DNA of 64,000 bases, from positions 4,087,812-4,151,811 of the forward strand of contig NC_092675.1 of assembly GCF_964355755.1 (NCBI RefSeq), in the 5' to 3' direction. Both the position numbers and the translations under genes were made by a program. This DNA comes from Antedon mediterranea. Taxonomy: Eukaryota > Animalia > Echinodermata. The notes below the pieces were generated by a model, which did no database searches, was not told where the DNA came from, and saw only the letters and a list, made by a program, of their open reading frames with translations. Position 1 is the stretch's first letter. Each line of letters opens with the position of its first letter. Positions 11,501-23,907 of the stretch are shown here, piece by piece.

Positions 11501-13117
11501 AAAGAATCCCCTGGATAGCCAAAATTACTGTTATATTTTGCTTTACCTTTAAGTATGATTCTGGAATTTTTGCTAAATCTGTGAAAGATAAAAATAATAT
11601 AGAAACAGTTAGTTGGTGAGTGACATATACCGTACCGTAAACGTAACTTGTTTAAGTCCAACTCGAAGCGTTAAAATAATTTGATTAGTTTGACATTGGG
11701 AAAATTTAAATTAAATAAACAACATAACAAAATGGAAATCTGAAAGTAGAAAATATACATACCTTCAACATAATCCCTTGAGATGAAACATAGAAAATGC
11801 TGAAATGAAAACATGATGCAGATGTTATGCGCGATTTGAACGATTTGCGCAATTTGAAATTGCGCAAAAAAAATCCTTGCGCAATTTGAATTGAAACATG
11901 TGTTTCAAATTGCGCAAGCAACGTATTAAATTGCGCAAGTAATCTGCAAACTGCGCAAGGTTTTTCGACAGATTGTGAAATCATGCACACCCATATTTAT
12001 ATAGTAATTTCTAAGAATGATTCAAAATTAAAGATAAATATCGCATTTCCTTATTTTAGTAGTGCAAATATTGTTATAAGTTAGCATACCGTCGAAGAAC
12101 CGACGAAGGAAAACGAAGCGGTGGTGTTCCACCAGGCGGGCGCGGCGCGGGCGGCCGGCTATACTACTCTAGCCTAGCTAGGGTCTGGACTACTGATACT
12201 GACTAGGTTACATGGCCTAGCTTAAACTAATATTAAAAACTTAATTTTTACATTTATTTTGATTTATTTCAAGTTACAGTGATAATATTATTTAATTGTA
12301 ATAATAAATGTTATGTATTTATTATACACATGTTATCTTCGCATTTATTATGTTTTATTTTGAGTTATTTAGTTTCCAATAAATTATTATAATACCGTTG
12401 TCTGGTAGAATTTTGTTGCGCAATTTGAAAATTTACAGTTCGTTTTCAAATTGCGCAAAGGTGTCATATTGCGCAAGAACTATCTTGCGCAATTTACAAA
12501 TTGTGCAGCGCAATTTAAAATTGCGCAAAGATTTTCTTGCGCAATTTGAAATTGCGCAAGTTGATTGCGCAATTTGAAATTGCGCAAAAAAATCCTTGCG
12601 CAATTTTAAATTGCGCAAGAATTCTTTGCGCAATTTCAAATTGCGCAAGGATTTTTTTGCGCAATTTCAAATTGCGCAAATCGTTCAAATCGCGCATAAC
12701 ATAGATATTAGTCACAGTAAGTGTAATTCTATCATATATGATTATCTTCTGCTCGATTCAAATGCATTAAAAAATATAATAACAGACGAGAAATAAAATT
12801 TATTTTTCACCTGTAAGGCCTATTTCGTTTAATGTGCTGCTAGGCCCACTGAATTGAATCTCTTTCCCACGGTCAAAACGTTTCTGTGCCGACATACCTG
12901 AATTAGTACTTACGTAACTTACCCGAATGAAAATAACGATCACTTTATGCTTTTTATAAAGGTGATCAAAAGGTATCATATTGCCCTCTTCGTCCCACAG
13001 TGGTAATTTAGCAACATTCTCAAAGTCAAAAGAATTCTCAACTGTTTCTAAAATAGGAACGTATGCTGTATCTTGTTGCACTTGTTGTGGCTTAACTCCT
13101 CGATCCATGGAAGCCAT
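8512..13117 (-). CDS. PRXL2C: Peroxiredoxin-like 2C (AAED1, AhpC/TSA_2 family), 7 exons, 223 aa
   Basis: Exons 13117-12923, 11799-11763, 11578-11547, 11065-11012, 10458-10356, 9397-9275 and 8639-8512 total 672 nt in frame. Motifs: IVIFIRHFLCFISRDYVEDLAKIP, DANVRLVVIG, DFQGDVKQQGGSFILGPG, VHFMHRD...DHRPINQLL, all typical of AAED1. Confidence 0.93.
9073..9228. mobile_element. MITE family 1 copy
   Basis: AGCTCTGTCTACACTATCAAAC ... TTTGATAGTGTAGACAGA. Confidence 0.8.
9706..9823. mobile_element. MITE family 1 copy (short)
   Basis: TTA|AGCTCTGTCTAC ... GTGTAGACAGAGCT|TAA. Confidence 0.8.
9978..10305 (+). mobile_element. 5S rRNA-derived SINE (SINE3-like) in a PRXL2C intron
   Basis: 9978-10061 matches 5S rRNA (TACGGC..TACCAC...GTTAAGCA...GGGCCTGGTTAG..CTTGGATGGGAGACC..CTGGGAATA.CGGGTGCTGTA) with an internal deletion, followed by about 215 bp of non-5S body and an A-rich tail. 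ACTGTATAAT occurs on both sides. Confidence 0.8.
11326..11474. mobile_element. MITE family 1 copy
   Basis: GCTTTGTCTACACT ... AGTGTAGACAGAGCT with the same internal repeats. Confidence 0.75.
11822..12702. mobile_element. Foldback-type non-autonomous DNA element with subterminal TTGCGCAA arrays
   Basis: Termini ATGTTATGCGCGATTTGAACGATTTGCGCAATTTGAAATTGCGC and its reverse complement ending at 12702. Arms are built from 15-16 bp units centred on TTGCGCAA; TSD unclear. Confidence 0.8.
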
Positions 13118-13964
13118 GTTTAAAATTAGGAATCGATGCTAAGTTCGGTGCTTTGTGAATGGTTGCTGGGAGATAAGGACGCTCTGTTGTTTACTGAGGG
13201 TTTACTACACAATTGAGAATAATCCATTGTAAAATAGGGGTGTTCTGGTTGGTATTATGTTTATAACAAGACATACAGTATAACAATATATATAATCAAT
13301 TATTATGCACATCACATATTTAAAAAGGTTTATTTGCAATTATTTCATGTATTAAAACAAATTATGGTTATATAAATACCTTACTATTTCAGCTAGAGAA
13401 AACAGTAACTTAGAAAAAAAAAGTGTAATTTTACTATTCAGAATCACAGTAGACCAGAATGCGAGACAGACACTATCAATCCTGTAATTAATTCTAAGTC
13501 TAAAGAAATGACGGGTGAAGTTAATACAAAACAGTTCACTGGGTGGAACGAATACACTGATAGGCCCTACCAGGGAAGATTGAAATTAATTAATGTTTCA
13601 TTCAAAGTGCTCGGACACCCTTGACTAAACACCGAAAATAATTCCAACTATCCCACGCAATATCGTTGAACATAAGTTAGTATTTCATAGTTTACAATCT
13701 AGAAATAAGATCTGAGATACATGTTGTAAACGTCACAGTGTTTAGCATTTAGCATAATTAAATACATAATTTTTAAAAAAATATAGGATTTTTATAATAA
13801 TGTATATTATGTTATAGCCTATGAGATTCATTCATTCATTTTATTGGGTCAAAATCATTGTCAACATGTATAGCCTATATACACGACAATAAATATAAAC
13901 GAGAAATGTTGAGAGAGTTTAAAGAAAGGCTTAATTATATTAGAAATGAAAATTAGACCTACAA

Positions 13965-14240
13965 GCTCTAGTGGTAATTTCATAGACGTAGGATTGAACT
14001 CTTGCCGCATTGCTTGTATCCTTAGGCAAGATACTTAACTTACGTTTGCCTCTCTCCACCCAGGTGTAGAAATGGGTACCCGGTTAGATGAAGACAGAAC
14101 TTTGCGCTGATTACTAGCTGCATTATAAGAGTATGTTTCCATGCGTGTTTGATCAAAAAAATTACTGGGGTAATAATGTTCAGCGCATTGAGAGCTTGCT
14201 TATATGCGCTACATAAGAATGAACTATTAGTATTATTATT
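13965..14240 (+). mobile_element. tRNA-derived CORE-like SINE with L2-like tail (degenerate 5' end)
   Basis: TCCTTAGGCAAGATACTTAAC...CTCTCCACCCAGGTGTA.AAATGGGTAC core and (TAT)n tail; homologous to 59724-60030. Confidence 0.8.
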
Positions 14241-14683
14241 ATATACAATCCATTTTCGAAAGAGAAATAAAACACAATTCTACAAATCAATTTATATTGT
14301 AATAAAGAAAGAAAGTTTTAAGATTAACACAAAAAAAACAAAAAAAAACGTAAATACATCATGTCCTATTTCATGAATTCGAACTTGTTCCACATTGTTT
14401 ACGGTGGTATATCGGAGTCCATATAGCCTAAGACGATATCTAATTATTTTGTTGCAAGTGGTTAAATAAAGTTTAAAATAAAATGACAATAACTTAACTA
14501 CGATAGACCGTATATGAATTACAGTATGTTGTTCTTAAAGATGAAATATGTTTAGTGTGGTTTGATTTTTTTCCAAGACAACAGGCGCTTTTCCTGATCT
14601 CAGTTCGATTAATAGGACAGAACAGCAGCACTCAATTGTCAGATATAAAACATCGAAATTGAATATTACGAAGTGAATGATAC

Positions 14684-14712
14684 CAGGGAAGAGTGAAATT
14701 CCATATTCCCTA
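14684..14712. mobile_element. Short TIR remnant with 7-bp TSD (putative excision footprint)
   Basis: ATGATAC|CAGGGAAGAGTGAAATTCCATATTCCCTA|ATGATAC. Confidence 0.5.
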
Positions 14713-14745
14713 ATGATACTGTACATTGGTTTATAAGCTGGTTAA

Positions 14746-17700
14746 TTAAGGCATCACCTCCAGATAATCCGGACTTGGGTTTCCGGGAATTTGCTTTGGA
14801 TCAATATATGCATATTCGTCTTGCTGCTGTGCTTCTGTGGTTGAACCGGGTCTAGGGTTCGGTAATGGAGGCCTGTAACTCATGCTCATCTTTTCCGCGT
14901 TTTTGTTGTTATTTTTTGCTTTTGACTTCTGTGGAGTAGGGGCGTATACGTTTCCGATTTGTTTTTTCTTTTCTTTGGCAGATCCACTGCAACAATAGAA
15001 ACACAATAAAATTTAATAGGCATATAATATATATAATATATATTATAATAACAAATTACAAAAATATTATGTAAATTAATCTAGGCCGAATACAAATTTT
15101 TTTTTTAATTGTTTTGTCAGATTTGGGCTATTACAACATATAGTTGTATATTTTCCACCCAATTCTCGTACGACATTATAGCGATAATAAAGATTCCAGA
15201 GTTTCTTCTCTTCTCCCACATGGTCACTGTTTGATATGCCCCATATCAAATTTGTTATGTGTTACATACAGTATTATATATGATATATAGGCTATTGTAT
15301 TAAGTTTGAACATGTTGATATGTTGTTTCACTTAACTTTTAACTGAGTTCCTCTCATAATCTGGAAGGACGCAGGAAAAACAATTTTTCTTTTTCGTTGA
15401 AATTATATGAGAACATGTTTTTTGCTTGTAATGAGAGGTGTGTGTTGAATAGTGGGCGTCAACAGATACAGACGATTGACAGAAAACCAACGTGTTAAAG
15501 CCTTTATTATTAATACTATTACATGTACTATTACTCTAGGGGCGTAATAGGTTTATGTATTTTCTTACCTTTTTGTATTTCTTAAACAAATGAATGATAT
15601 AAATGCAGCCCAGCTGAGTACAAGAACAAGAGCCAACACGACAATGATCACTATCAATACTGTAAAACAGAGAGAAAAATAATTAGTAAACAAAAGTCAA
15701 CTTAATAATCGCAGTCGGTTTTTTATCCTACTAATATTTCTAAAATATTGCAATATACCGCCTTTGTCGCTTTTTCGTGACATTCTCGTGTCAACAAAAT
15801 GTCAACCCCTATTCATTCGTTTATTTTATTTAATAACATATTTATCCAGGATTACACAATCAAGTAAAAGAACCTGTTCTGCATTGTGGTCCTGTCTTAA
15901 ATACAAAAATAAATAGGGGGTGGGGTGGAGGGTATAGTTGTGAAAAAATTAGTTACTAGTTACTATTTACTTAATGTATGACCGTAATGCGAGAGATACT
16001 GACAGTGTCCCAAAAAAAAAGATCCTGATTTGTTCACAATTCAAAGCTATATTACTATCCAAGTTAAGTTTGACAATTATAAGCCATGCCAACAAACGAA
16101 GAAGAAGCTTGTATAAGGTGAGAATTGGAATATACACTGAGCCGAATGATCAATTTACCGAATGACTAATTGTTTAAATTGTTCCACCACTATACGATTA
16201 AATAGCTAATTTCAAATAGAGAACAGTGTAAACGAATCAATAAATCGGACCCGTCTTACCTGTGTCCGACGACGAAGGAGCTATAAGAAGAAAACAAATA
16301 TTATAAGTATTAAATATAGTTTAATATATTTTAGTTATGTATTATTGGGCAGTCACTCATCACTCACTCGCTAATATTGACCTAAACCAAATTCAAATGA
16401 TAAATAAGACTGGACTGAAATAAGACTCTAAACTGGGCTAATAATATACTGTTATACATTTTCGAAAAATAACATCATACTGTATATCAGCAGAGTGAAG
16501 CCCTACATGGATAATAATGTCTATATACTCTTACATAATTCTGAGCACAGAGAGTTTCTTATTTTACAACTCCCTGTTCTGAAGAATTCTTAACTTTAGT
16601 ATATCCTTTCATCATTCGCTACTACACTATATACACATCTCGAACAAAATATCTGACCCAAAAATACTTACGTGGGTCTGGGCATGGTGTCGAGGGTGGT
16701 GGGCAGTCATTTTGAGGATCCGGGCATGGTGTCGGTGGTGGGCAATTCGGTAATGAACCGTCCGCTGGCGCACAATATAAGTCACCGTTTAGAGAGGTAG
16801 TCATTGGCGGACAGAGCAACTCCAATTGTTGGCCTACCGGGCAAGTAATAACTAAATAACTAATAGTATCATTGTAGCACGTCCCATCCTCTGGTAGTGG
16901 CGGTTCTACGTTCACATTAAATAATTTAGGACAGGTATCTAGAAAAGAAGATATTTTATACAAAAAGTCAATGTTGTATTCAAATAAATCAGTACTTGAT
17001 ACAGATTGTGATAACTGATAGTTAATTTGATAATATTTACGAGCAATATTCTTACAAAATATAACAAATTAATCGTTGTTATATAATAATAATATCCTGG
17101 ATTTATATTGCGCCTAATGTTGTGAAACCTCTAAGCGCTGAACATTATTACCCCAGTCATTGTTTTTGGGATCAAACACGTATGTAAACATACTCCCATA
17201 ATGCAGCTAGTAATCAGCGCAAAGTTGTGTCTTAAATGCACAGTATTCTCAGCCACAGGTACCTAATCTAAGGTAACCTAATACTGTATACAGAATAGCG
17301 TATTTGTACTATGTTTGTATATTAAAAGTTGAAACGAATCACTAGTGGTACACCGTCTTTACTAATAAAATATTTCACCCTTGCGTTTACATAACTTTTC
17401 TTGTACGTCATTTAACTATATGAGACATAGAAAGTATGGGCGGCCATTTAAATTGTAACTATTATGGCCCCAATGACCGTCCATACGAATTACAATTTTT
17501 ATTAATGGGCCTATGTTTACATGGTGTTAGTCTTACTGCATTATTATAACGTCACACATTTTTTACGCATGCACCACGTAATGCTACATTTACTAAATAC
17601 AATACCACACGAATACAGTGCACACAGGCTGTGGTGTACAATCGACCTGTACAGTCACAATAATTTAATAAAGTATATTCCATAACACTGTATCTATATG

Positions 17701-19583
17701 ACTTAACCTTTTTGTGTAGGTTTACTACTTTATAGGTTTTCAATGTCCTAGAGTACTATTCCGTTTGTCAAATATTTACAGACTAATTATTATTATAGTA
17801 ACAGGCCTAACAACACACCGATTGGTTATCATGGATGGAGGAATTCTCAGGAATTTCTCTACCACGGTATATAATTTTCAATAAAAGCAAATATTTAAAA
17901 TCAGGAGGAGAATTTCATTTCAACTGTGGGCTGTGAATAAATAGAGAGGGGGAATCAAAATAATGTATAGCCATAGCCCAAAGATAAAACAATATAATTT
18001 GAATATATCTCTTTAACGATCAATGTGAAATAGATAGATAAAAGTGGGAAACTGTCACGAAAGAGGAAGATGAGTAGCATTTACAATTTACTAGGGGGCC
18101 TATTATTTATGGTAAGATTTTTACGCCGTCCATTTATTCAGATACCCAGAATAACAGGTGGGCCTCAATGAAAGTTTAAGTTCCATAGTTAATTATTAAT
18201 ATTTTGTGTAATATAAACAATATGCATTCATGTACTGTATGATTTTATATGAGGATAATACCAGACAATAGTCATATTGGTATACTTGAGCACAGTGATA
18301 AAGAATAGGATAAACTTAACAATATACAAAAAATAACATTAATGTACGATCCCATTTAACACTGTTCTCAATAGTCATATTGGTATACTTGAGCACAGTG
18401 ATAAAGAATAGGATAAACAGTTATATCATTATTAGACATTTTAAAAGTATGAGGGGCTAATTACGATCAATACCGGGCCTGTAAAATATTATACTGTATA
18501 ATATTTACACATAATATTATAGTCACTATAACCTCAATAGACGGTGACGATCCTGCTTCATATTTGTCGCGTGTAAAAAAAATAATGAACTGGTTCAAGT
18601 TCACACCCAAATTTGACAACAACACACCCGATAGATATTTTCAAAGCCCGCGTCAAAGAGAAACATCTTACCTTGACATGCTGGTGCTGGTGTAGGTGCA
18701 CGAATACCCACGAAATAACTTGCCCATATAAATATTATCGGAAATTGTCGGTTGTTTATAATCGCCATTTCATTTTTATGTTGTGGAACCGCGATCGTTC
18801 TCTAGCTTAATGGACCGAGCCGCTTCAGAAATATATTGTGTAACCTATAACCACGCTTAATCATGCATACCCCTTTTTTACAATAGCATGCATATTGATT
18901 ACAATGGAAACCAATATAAATATTTGGCCCTTTTTTGTTGTCAAAATCGACGGTCCAATTATACCCGTTTATAAATAACTCATAAACGTAGGGTAGGCTA
19001 AGAAATTAATGCACTTTCGGTGGATTCTTAATTATTATTATTTTAAGATTTCATACATCATAATACCTATATTTGTTATTACCATTTTGTAAGGTTAGTG
19101 AGATTAAGCAAGTATAGGTATATTCATAATTTCTTGATTTTGGGCCTGTTTCGTCTGATGACTGTACATAATGGACTGTCTATACTTTGGAAACGCCCGA
19201 ATTATGACGTATGTATTTAAACTTTAAAATAAGAGTTAGAGCGGAACACAATGATGTTAATGATGTTTTTAGAGACCAAATGATGCCTAAGCTTTCTTCT
19301 AAGATATCTTCCCATGATATTTTATCTATGAATCCCATATTTATGATTTTTAAAAGTAAAGAATAGCATTTACAGTATTATTAGGCTCACTATGCTATTG
19401 ATGCTGTTTTAAAAAGTTGGTCCTATAATATAATATAGCAGGTTTTGTAATACTAACAACAAACCTCATAGATCGTTTATCAGTTGAAAACTTACCTTCA
19501 CAAGTATCATTAACCGCGAGAGTGACAACCAAAAATGACATCGTCAACAAAATAATATAAGTAACATGATTGTGTTCCTCCAT
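14746..19583 (-). CDS. Type-I membrane protein paralog A (divergent Sushi-like/Cys-rich ectodomain, TM, Tyr-motif tail), about 235 aa
   Basis: Exons 19583-19496 (signal peptide), 16938-16672, 16280-16260, 15659-15569 (TM VLIVIIVVLALVLVLSWAAFISFIC) and 14986-14746 total 708 nt in frame, all GT-AG. Same exon phases as paralogs B and C. Confidence 0.82.
17085..17235 (-). mobile_element. 3' fragment of the CORE-like SINE
   Basis: Reverse complement of the 3' half of 59724-60030 (AACCTCTAAGCGCTGAACATTATTACCCCAGTCA...ATAATGCAGCTAGTAATCAG). Confidence 0.8.
18672..18768 (-). CDS. Alternative signal-peptide first exon for paralog A (MAIINNRQFPIIFIWASYFVGIRAPTPAPACQ)
   Basis: ATG-initiated 97-nt exon with a hydrophobic core, a phase-1 G|GTAAG donor and Cys two residues before the junction, exactly as in the 19583 leader. 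Confidence 0.6.
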
Positions 19584-20603
19584 GTTTAGATCTTGTGTGT
19601 ATGACAGGTTGGCGACTGTACTTAGATATCGTGGTGTTCAGAAAAGAATTTTACTAAGCTCATTCTTAACAATGACACTGAGTTTCATAAAAGAACCTCA
19701 ATGACTCTGAAGTTTCTTCTTTGTCGTTCAAATGGTACTAAATCATTGTCCACTCACATTTTGTGTACAACGAATAGTCAATAGGTCACTAATAAAAGAA
19801 TTATAACAATACATACGACGTCTACAATTTCACTGTGTTTTTCAATGTTAACAAGAGAATTGTCAAACTCTCTTACTCATTTTGTTTATTCAACCACGGT
19901 ACAACAATACGCAAAAAAAATATCCTCCCCCTACTTTTTATAAAGTGATTCCACAGCATACATTATTCGTAATTTTGTTATTGATTGTTATTGATTTTTA
20001 ATGTATAATAAAAATAGTATTTTTCTTTGTAAAAATAGACAACCCAGGCTACCTTTTTGAAATAGATATATAACGTTTGGACAAGGTGATATTCGTACGA
20101 ATCCGAAAACTCAATTGGTTGCGCATTTTTGTGTTACAAAAGATGAAATACTGTACAAATACAATGGTTTCGACTAGGCCTATACCGAATACATTTTCCT
20201 TGTACAAAATTTTTGTTTACCGATGTGTATCGTATCTTACAAAATTGTCCATTTTGTAGCCTAGTTTTTTTGTAGCCTAGTTACAATAATCCATGAATTC
20301 GTTAGCTTGTTATTCGGCCAGGCATATATTAATTTAAAAACTCCTTCATATAATCATAGAGCATTCTGTTTCGTTTCTGTATTTATAGTATAAATAATAG
20401 TAAACGGTTTAAGCAAAAATAACAACAATTAGTCTAGAGAATTCAAAATTGAATATGTGATTGTCTGGCGAAGATTCTTGGGCTAAACGATACGTTATTA
20501 ATTCGAAAGGTATTTACAATGAGTTATCAAAGCATCACATTGATGTTGAATATCCTTTATTTTATGGAAATGTATGGAACGCTCTACCCATTGTGTTCAC
20601 TGT

Positions 20604-23600
20604 TCACTCTATTAGTTCTAAATACACAGGTTTGTTTTCCTCCCTCTTAAATTTCTCTCTATCAACATACTCGTATTCTGGATCCGGTTCTCCCATAGTA
20701 TCGTCTCTTGGTTTTGGCATAGGTGGTCTTGCACTCGGTGACAAACTGTCATTTGAGCCCTTCACCAGCGTTGGCTGCTGTTCTGAGATGTAGACGGTTT
20801 CTTGTACTTTTACAACAGAAGTCCTGAAATAGTAAGACATATGTTTACAAAAGACACCATTTCGTCATTTCGTCATTTCGTCATTTCGTCATTTAGTCAT
20901 TTCGTCATTTAGTCATTTCGTCATTTAGTCATTTCGTCATTTAATCATTTCGTCATTTAGTCATTTCGTCATTTAGTCATTTCGTCATTTAGTCATTTCG
21001 TCATTTAGTCATTTCGTCATTTAGTCATTTCGTCATTTAGTCATTTCGTCATTTCGTCAGTTAGTCATTTCATCATTTAGTCATTTCGTCATTTCGTCAT
21101 TTAGTCATTTCGTCATTTAGTCATTTCGTCATTTAGTCATTTCGTCATTTCGTCATTTAGTCATTTCGTCATTTAGTCATTTCGTCATTTAGTCATTTCG
21201 TCATTTAGTCATTTCGTCATTTAGTCTCTAGCATTGACGAAATGGCATTCCATTATTAGAATAATGCTTAGTAGTAACTGTATAATTATGATAATGAAAT
21301 ATTCATAAAAAGTAATAGAAGTGTTACATACTCTCTTCTGCAGATAAAAAACAAAAGGAAAAAGAGCCAACTTAGAATCAACAACACTGCCAGCACTATG
21401 ATTACTATAACTAACGCTGAATCTAAAAGACAAAAATAAAAAAGTTATAAATCATAGTGGTAAGGCATATTGTATTTGTGAGTGATATGAAGAGCCATTA
21501 TGATTTGAAAGATATTCACTAAAACAACTCGGCGTAGGCATATTATACGCTTGGTTATGTTTTATGAAGTCGATTCATAACTGGATATTTAAGTAAGTAG
21601 TACAATATATTGACAAACACAAATTATTACGATAAAATTCCTTAAAAATCATCAAGTATCAGACCCATCGACAGGTACAGAATTCTAAAAAATGTTCAAC
21701 AAAGGTAACCAGATGGCTTGGTGGTTATGTTTGGCTACCAATACAATGGTCATGGGTTCAAGTCCTGTCATATGTCAGGATTTTTTTCTAATGAAAATGT
21801 ACAACTCCACTCCCAAAGACTTGTAATAATGTAGAGCATCTTGTGTTGTATATGTCTGTATTGTGAACGGGATTGCCACCTTTAAAGCGTGGTTCCCACT
21901 AGCGACGCAACACAAGGACGTAACGCAACGCAAGTGAATTGACCAATCACAAGCGATGGCTTATTCGCTTGTGATTGCTAACTGTCTGTAACTTCGCTTG
22001 CCATTGGTTAAAACGCTTGCGTTGCGTTAACGTCCTTTGCGTTACGTTCTAGTGGGAACCAAGCTTAAGAAGGATAGTGAATGAATTTGCTTTTGGTTAT
22101 CCTTGGCAATGTGCCTAAAAAAACAAAACAAAACAAAAACTAATTTGTGGTATCTTATTGGACAAAACTATGTAGACTGTAGATATTAAACATGTTCTCT
22201 ACCTGTATCAGATATGAATTCCTCCTCTTCATAATAATCTGTTGTTTAAATGAACATATAAAATGATTAATAAACATTTCTTATCGGTTTTCATTTATTG
22301 TACATATTCCATTAGTAATGTGCCAATACAAAATGTCTTTATATAATTATTGATATATGTCTCAAGTTAAAATCTCAAGTGTTTTGCACACTGTTATATG
22401 AAAACCTCTTTTCAATCCCTGTGACTTCTTCACGAGTGCATTACTCATCCAAAGCTGGTCCATAAAAAGAGCAGAGCAACATAACAAGACAATTCACTTC
22501 AACCAGTTCATCATTTTCTCTCGGCCACTCCAGCGACACTTTGCCCTGATATTGGATTTATGTATTTTCGATACTTATGGCGAAAATATTTATCTAAACA
22601 CTCGTGTTAACATTAAATATTTTTGTTTAATGTTAAATAGTTTAGGCCTACCTTCACAGACTGAATCAGTGCAATCTGACGAGTCATGGGGAGGTGGTGG
22701 TGGCGGTGGAGGCGGCGGGACATCTTGAACACATGTTGGTGCTTCGAGATTCCAATTAAACGAGTCATCACACGATAAATGTATTTCTTTTGCTTTTAAT
22801 CGAAATCCTTCATTGCACGTAAACTTCATATATTTCTTTCCTTGCGGAAGGCACGGCTCTTCCGTATTAGTGTCCATGGCCGGTGGCCATGGAATTACAT
22901 TGCCGTTTTCAAATCCGGTAGCTGGAACTCCATTCGGTAGTGGACATAAATCTGAAATAAAACTAATTAATTAAAGACATACCACTTAATTAACCATTAT
23001 TTTATCTCGTAATAATTATTAGAACCCCTCTGTTTAGTATAACATCCCTATCCAGGATATACACCTCCATTAAGTGGACAATCTATCAAAGGGACATTTT
23101 TATTATCATAACAATTATGCGATATACTGTAGTAAAGTACTGTAATATTCTCTTCGAAGCGTCCCTGAATTAACTCTGGTGTAACTAAATACCGAAAATT
23201 ACCGAAAAATACCGAAAAATACCGAAAAATACCGAAAAATAACTGAATTATTATTATAAATTGTTTACCACGCTCAACAATGAAAGAAATACATAAAAAT
23301 TGCTCAAAACTTTCACAGATATTTACAAAACTTCAAACAAGCACTGCAGGAACAAATCTCAATACTAATACTTATATTCACGTGTAAACTTTATATTCTT
23401 TCAGAAATGATCGACTGTGGTTATGTTTCTTTTATGTTTTTAATTTTATTTTTACATTCTTTACGTTATTTAATTCCACTGCTTGTAGATCTATGTGTTT
23501 TATGTTAATTTGAAATAAAAGAACTAGGCCTTAACAATTCAATTATTAGTGTATTAAAATGATTAACATCATTTATAAATGTTCAATTAAATTTAAAATA

Positions 23601-23907
23601 CTGTACTGAAATAAACAGAATTACAACCATGATTTGGTTGTACTGTGATGTGATACTATATGTGATATAGAATGGAGACACGAAAGTATTATTTATCTTT
23701 AGGGCCGGATACACTCGATCCTTTAACGGATAGAAAAACACTAAAAGCACCCATTAACCATGCTATAGGCATGACAATGCCCTCACGAATATAATGCCCA
23801 TACTTACATTTAGATGCACAGGTGGCTGCTGGGGCAACAACAACATCAAGTAAAATACAGATATGAAATATTAGAAAACAAGACAAGTTTACTCTCCGTG
23901 TTAACAT
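20604..23907 (-). CDS. Type-I membrane protein paralog B (single Sushi/CCP domain, poly-Pro stalk, TM, Tyr-motif tail), 248 aa
   Basis: Exons 23907-23808, 22951-22652, 22238-22203, 21422-21332 and 20823-20604 total 747 nt in frame. Sushi signature CPLP...NG...FTCNEGFRL...LSC...W...APTC; TM ALVIVIIVLAVLLILSWLFFLLFFIC. Confidence 0.88.
20857..21225. repeat. 8-bp minisatellite (CATTTCGT/CATTTAGT)n in the last intron of paralog B
   Basis: About 45 tandem units, mostly alternating two variants. Confidence 0.97.
21705..21790 (+). mobile_element. tRNA-derived SINE head
   Basis: A-box-like TGGCTTGGTGG and B-box GGTTCAAGTCC; no intact cloverleaf. Confidence 0.5.
21886..22065. mobile_element. MITE family 2 (AGCGTGGTTCCCACTAG TIRs, TAA TSD; PIF/Harbinger-like)
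   Basis: TAA|AGCGTGGTTCCCACTAG ... CTAGTGGGAACCAAGCT|TAA; near-identical copy at 29204. Confidence 0.85.
23188..23242. repeat. 10-bp tandem repeat (AATACCGAAA)x5
   Basis: Directly visible in the sequence. Confidence 0.9.

Noticed and set aside
11763-11799. Selenocysteine in the PRXL2C redox motif
   Set aside because: The codons are TGT and TCA with no in-frame TGA, and I saw no SECIS.
11706-12796. Overlapping ORFs rich in LRNFKLRK/AQFQIAQ
   Set aside because: Artefacts of the TTGCGCAA repeat arms.
18266-18418. Direct repeat pair of about 50 bp in the paralog A intron
   Set aside because: Simple local duplication with no TIR, LTR or coding features.
20604-20700. Canonical ITAM or ITIM in the receptor tails
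   Set aside because: The tyrosine pair spacing exceeds the canonical 6-8 aa and the terminal motif lacks I/V/L/S at -2, so it is reported only as ITAM-like.
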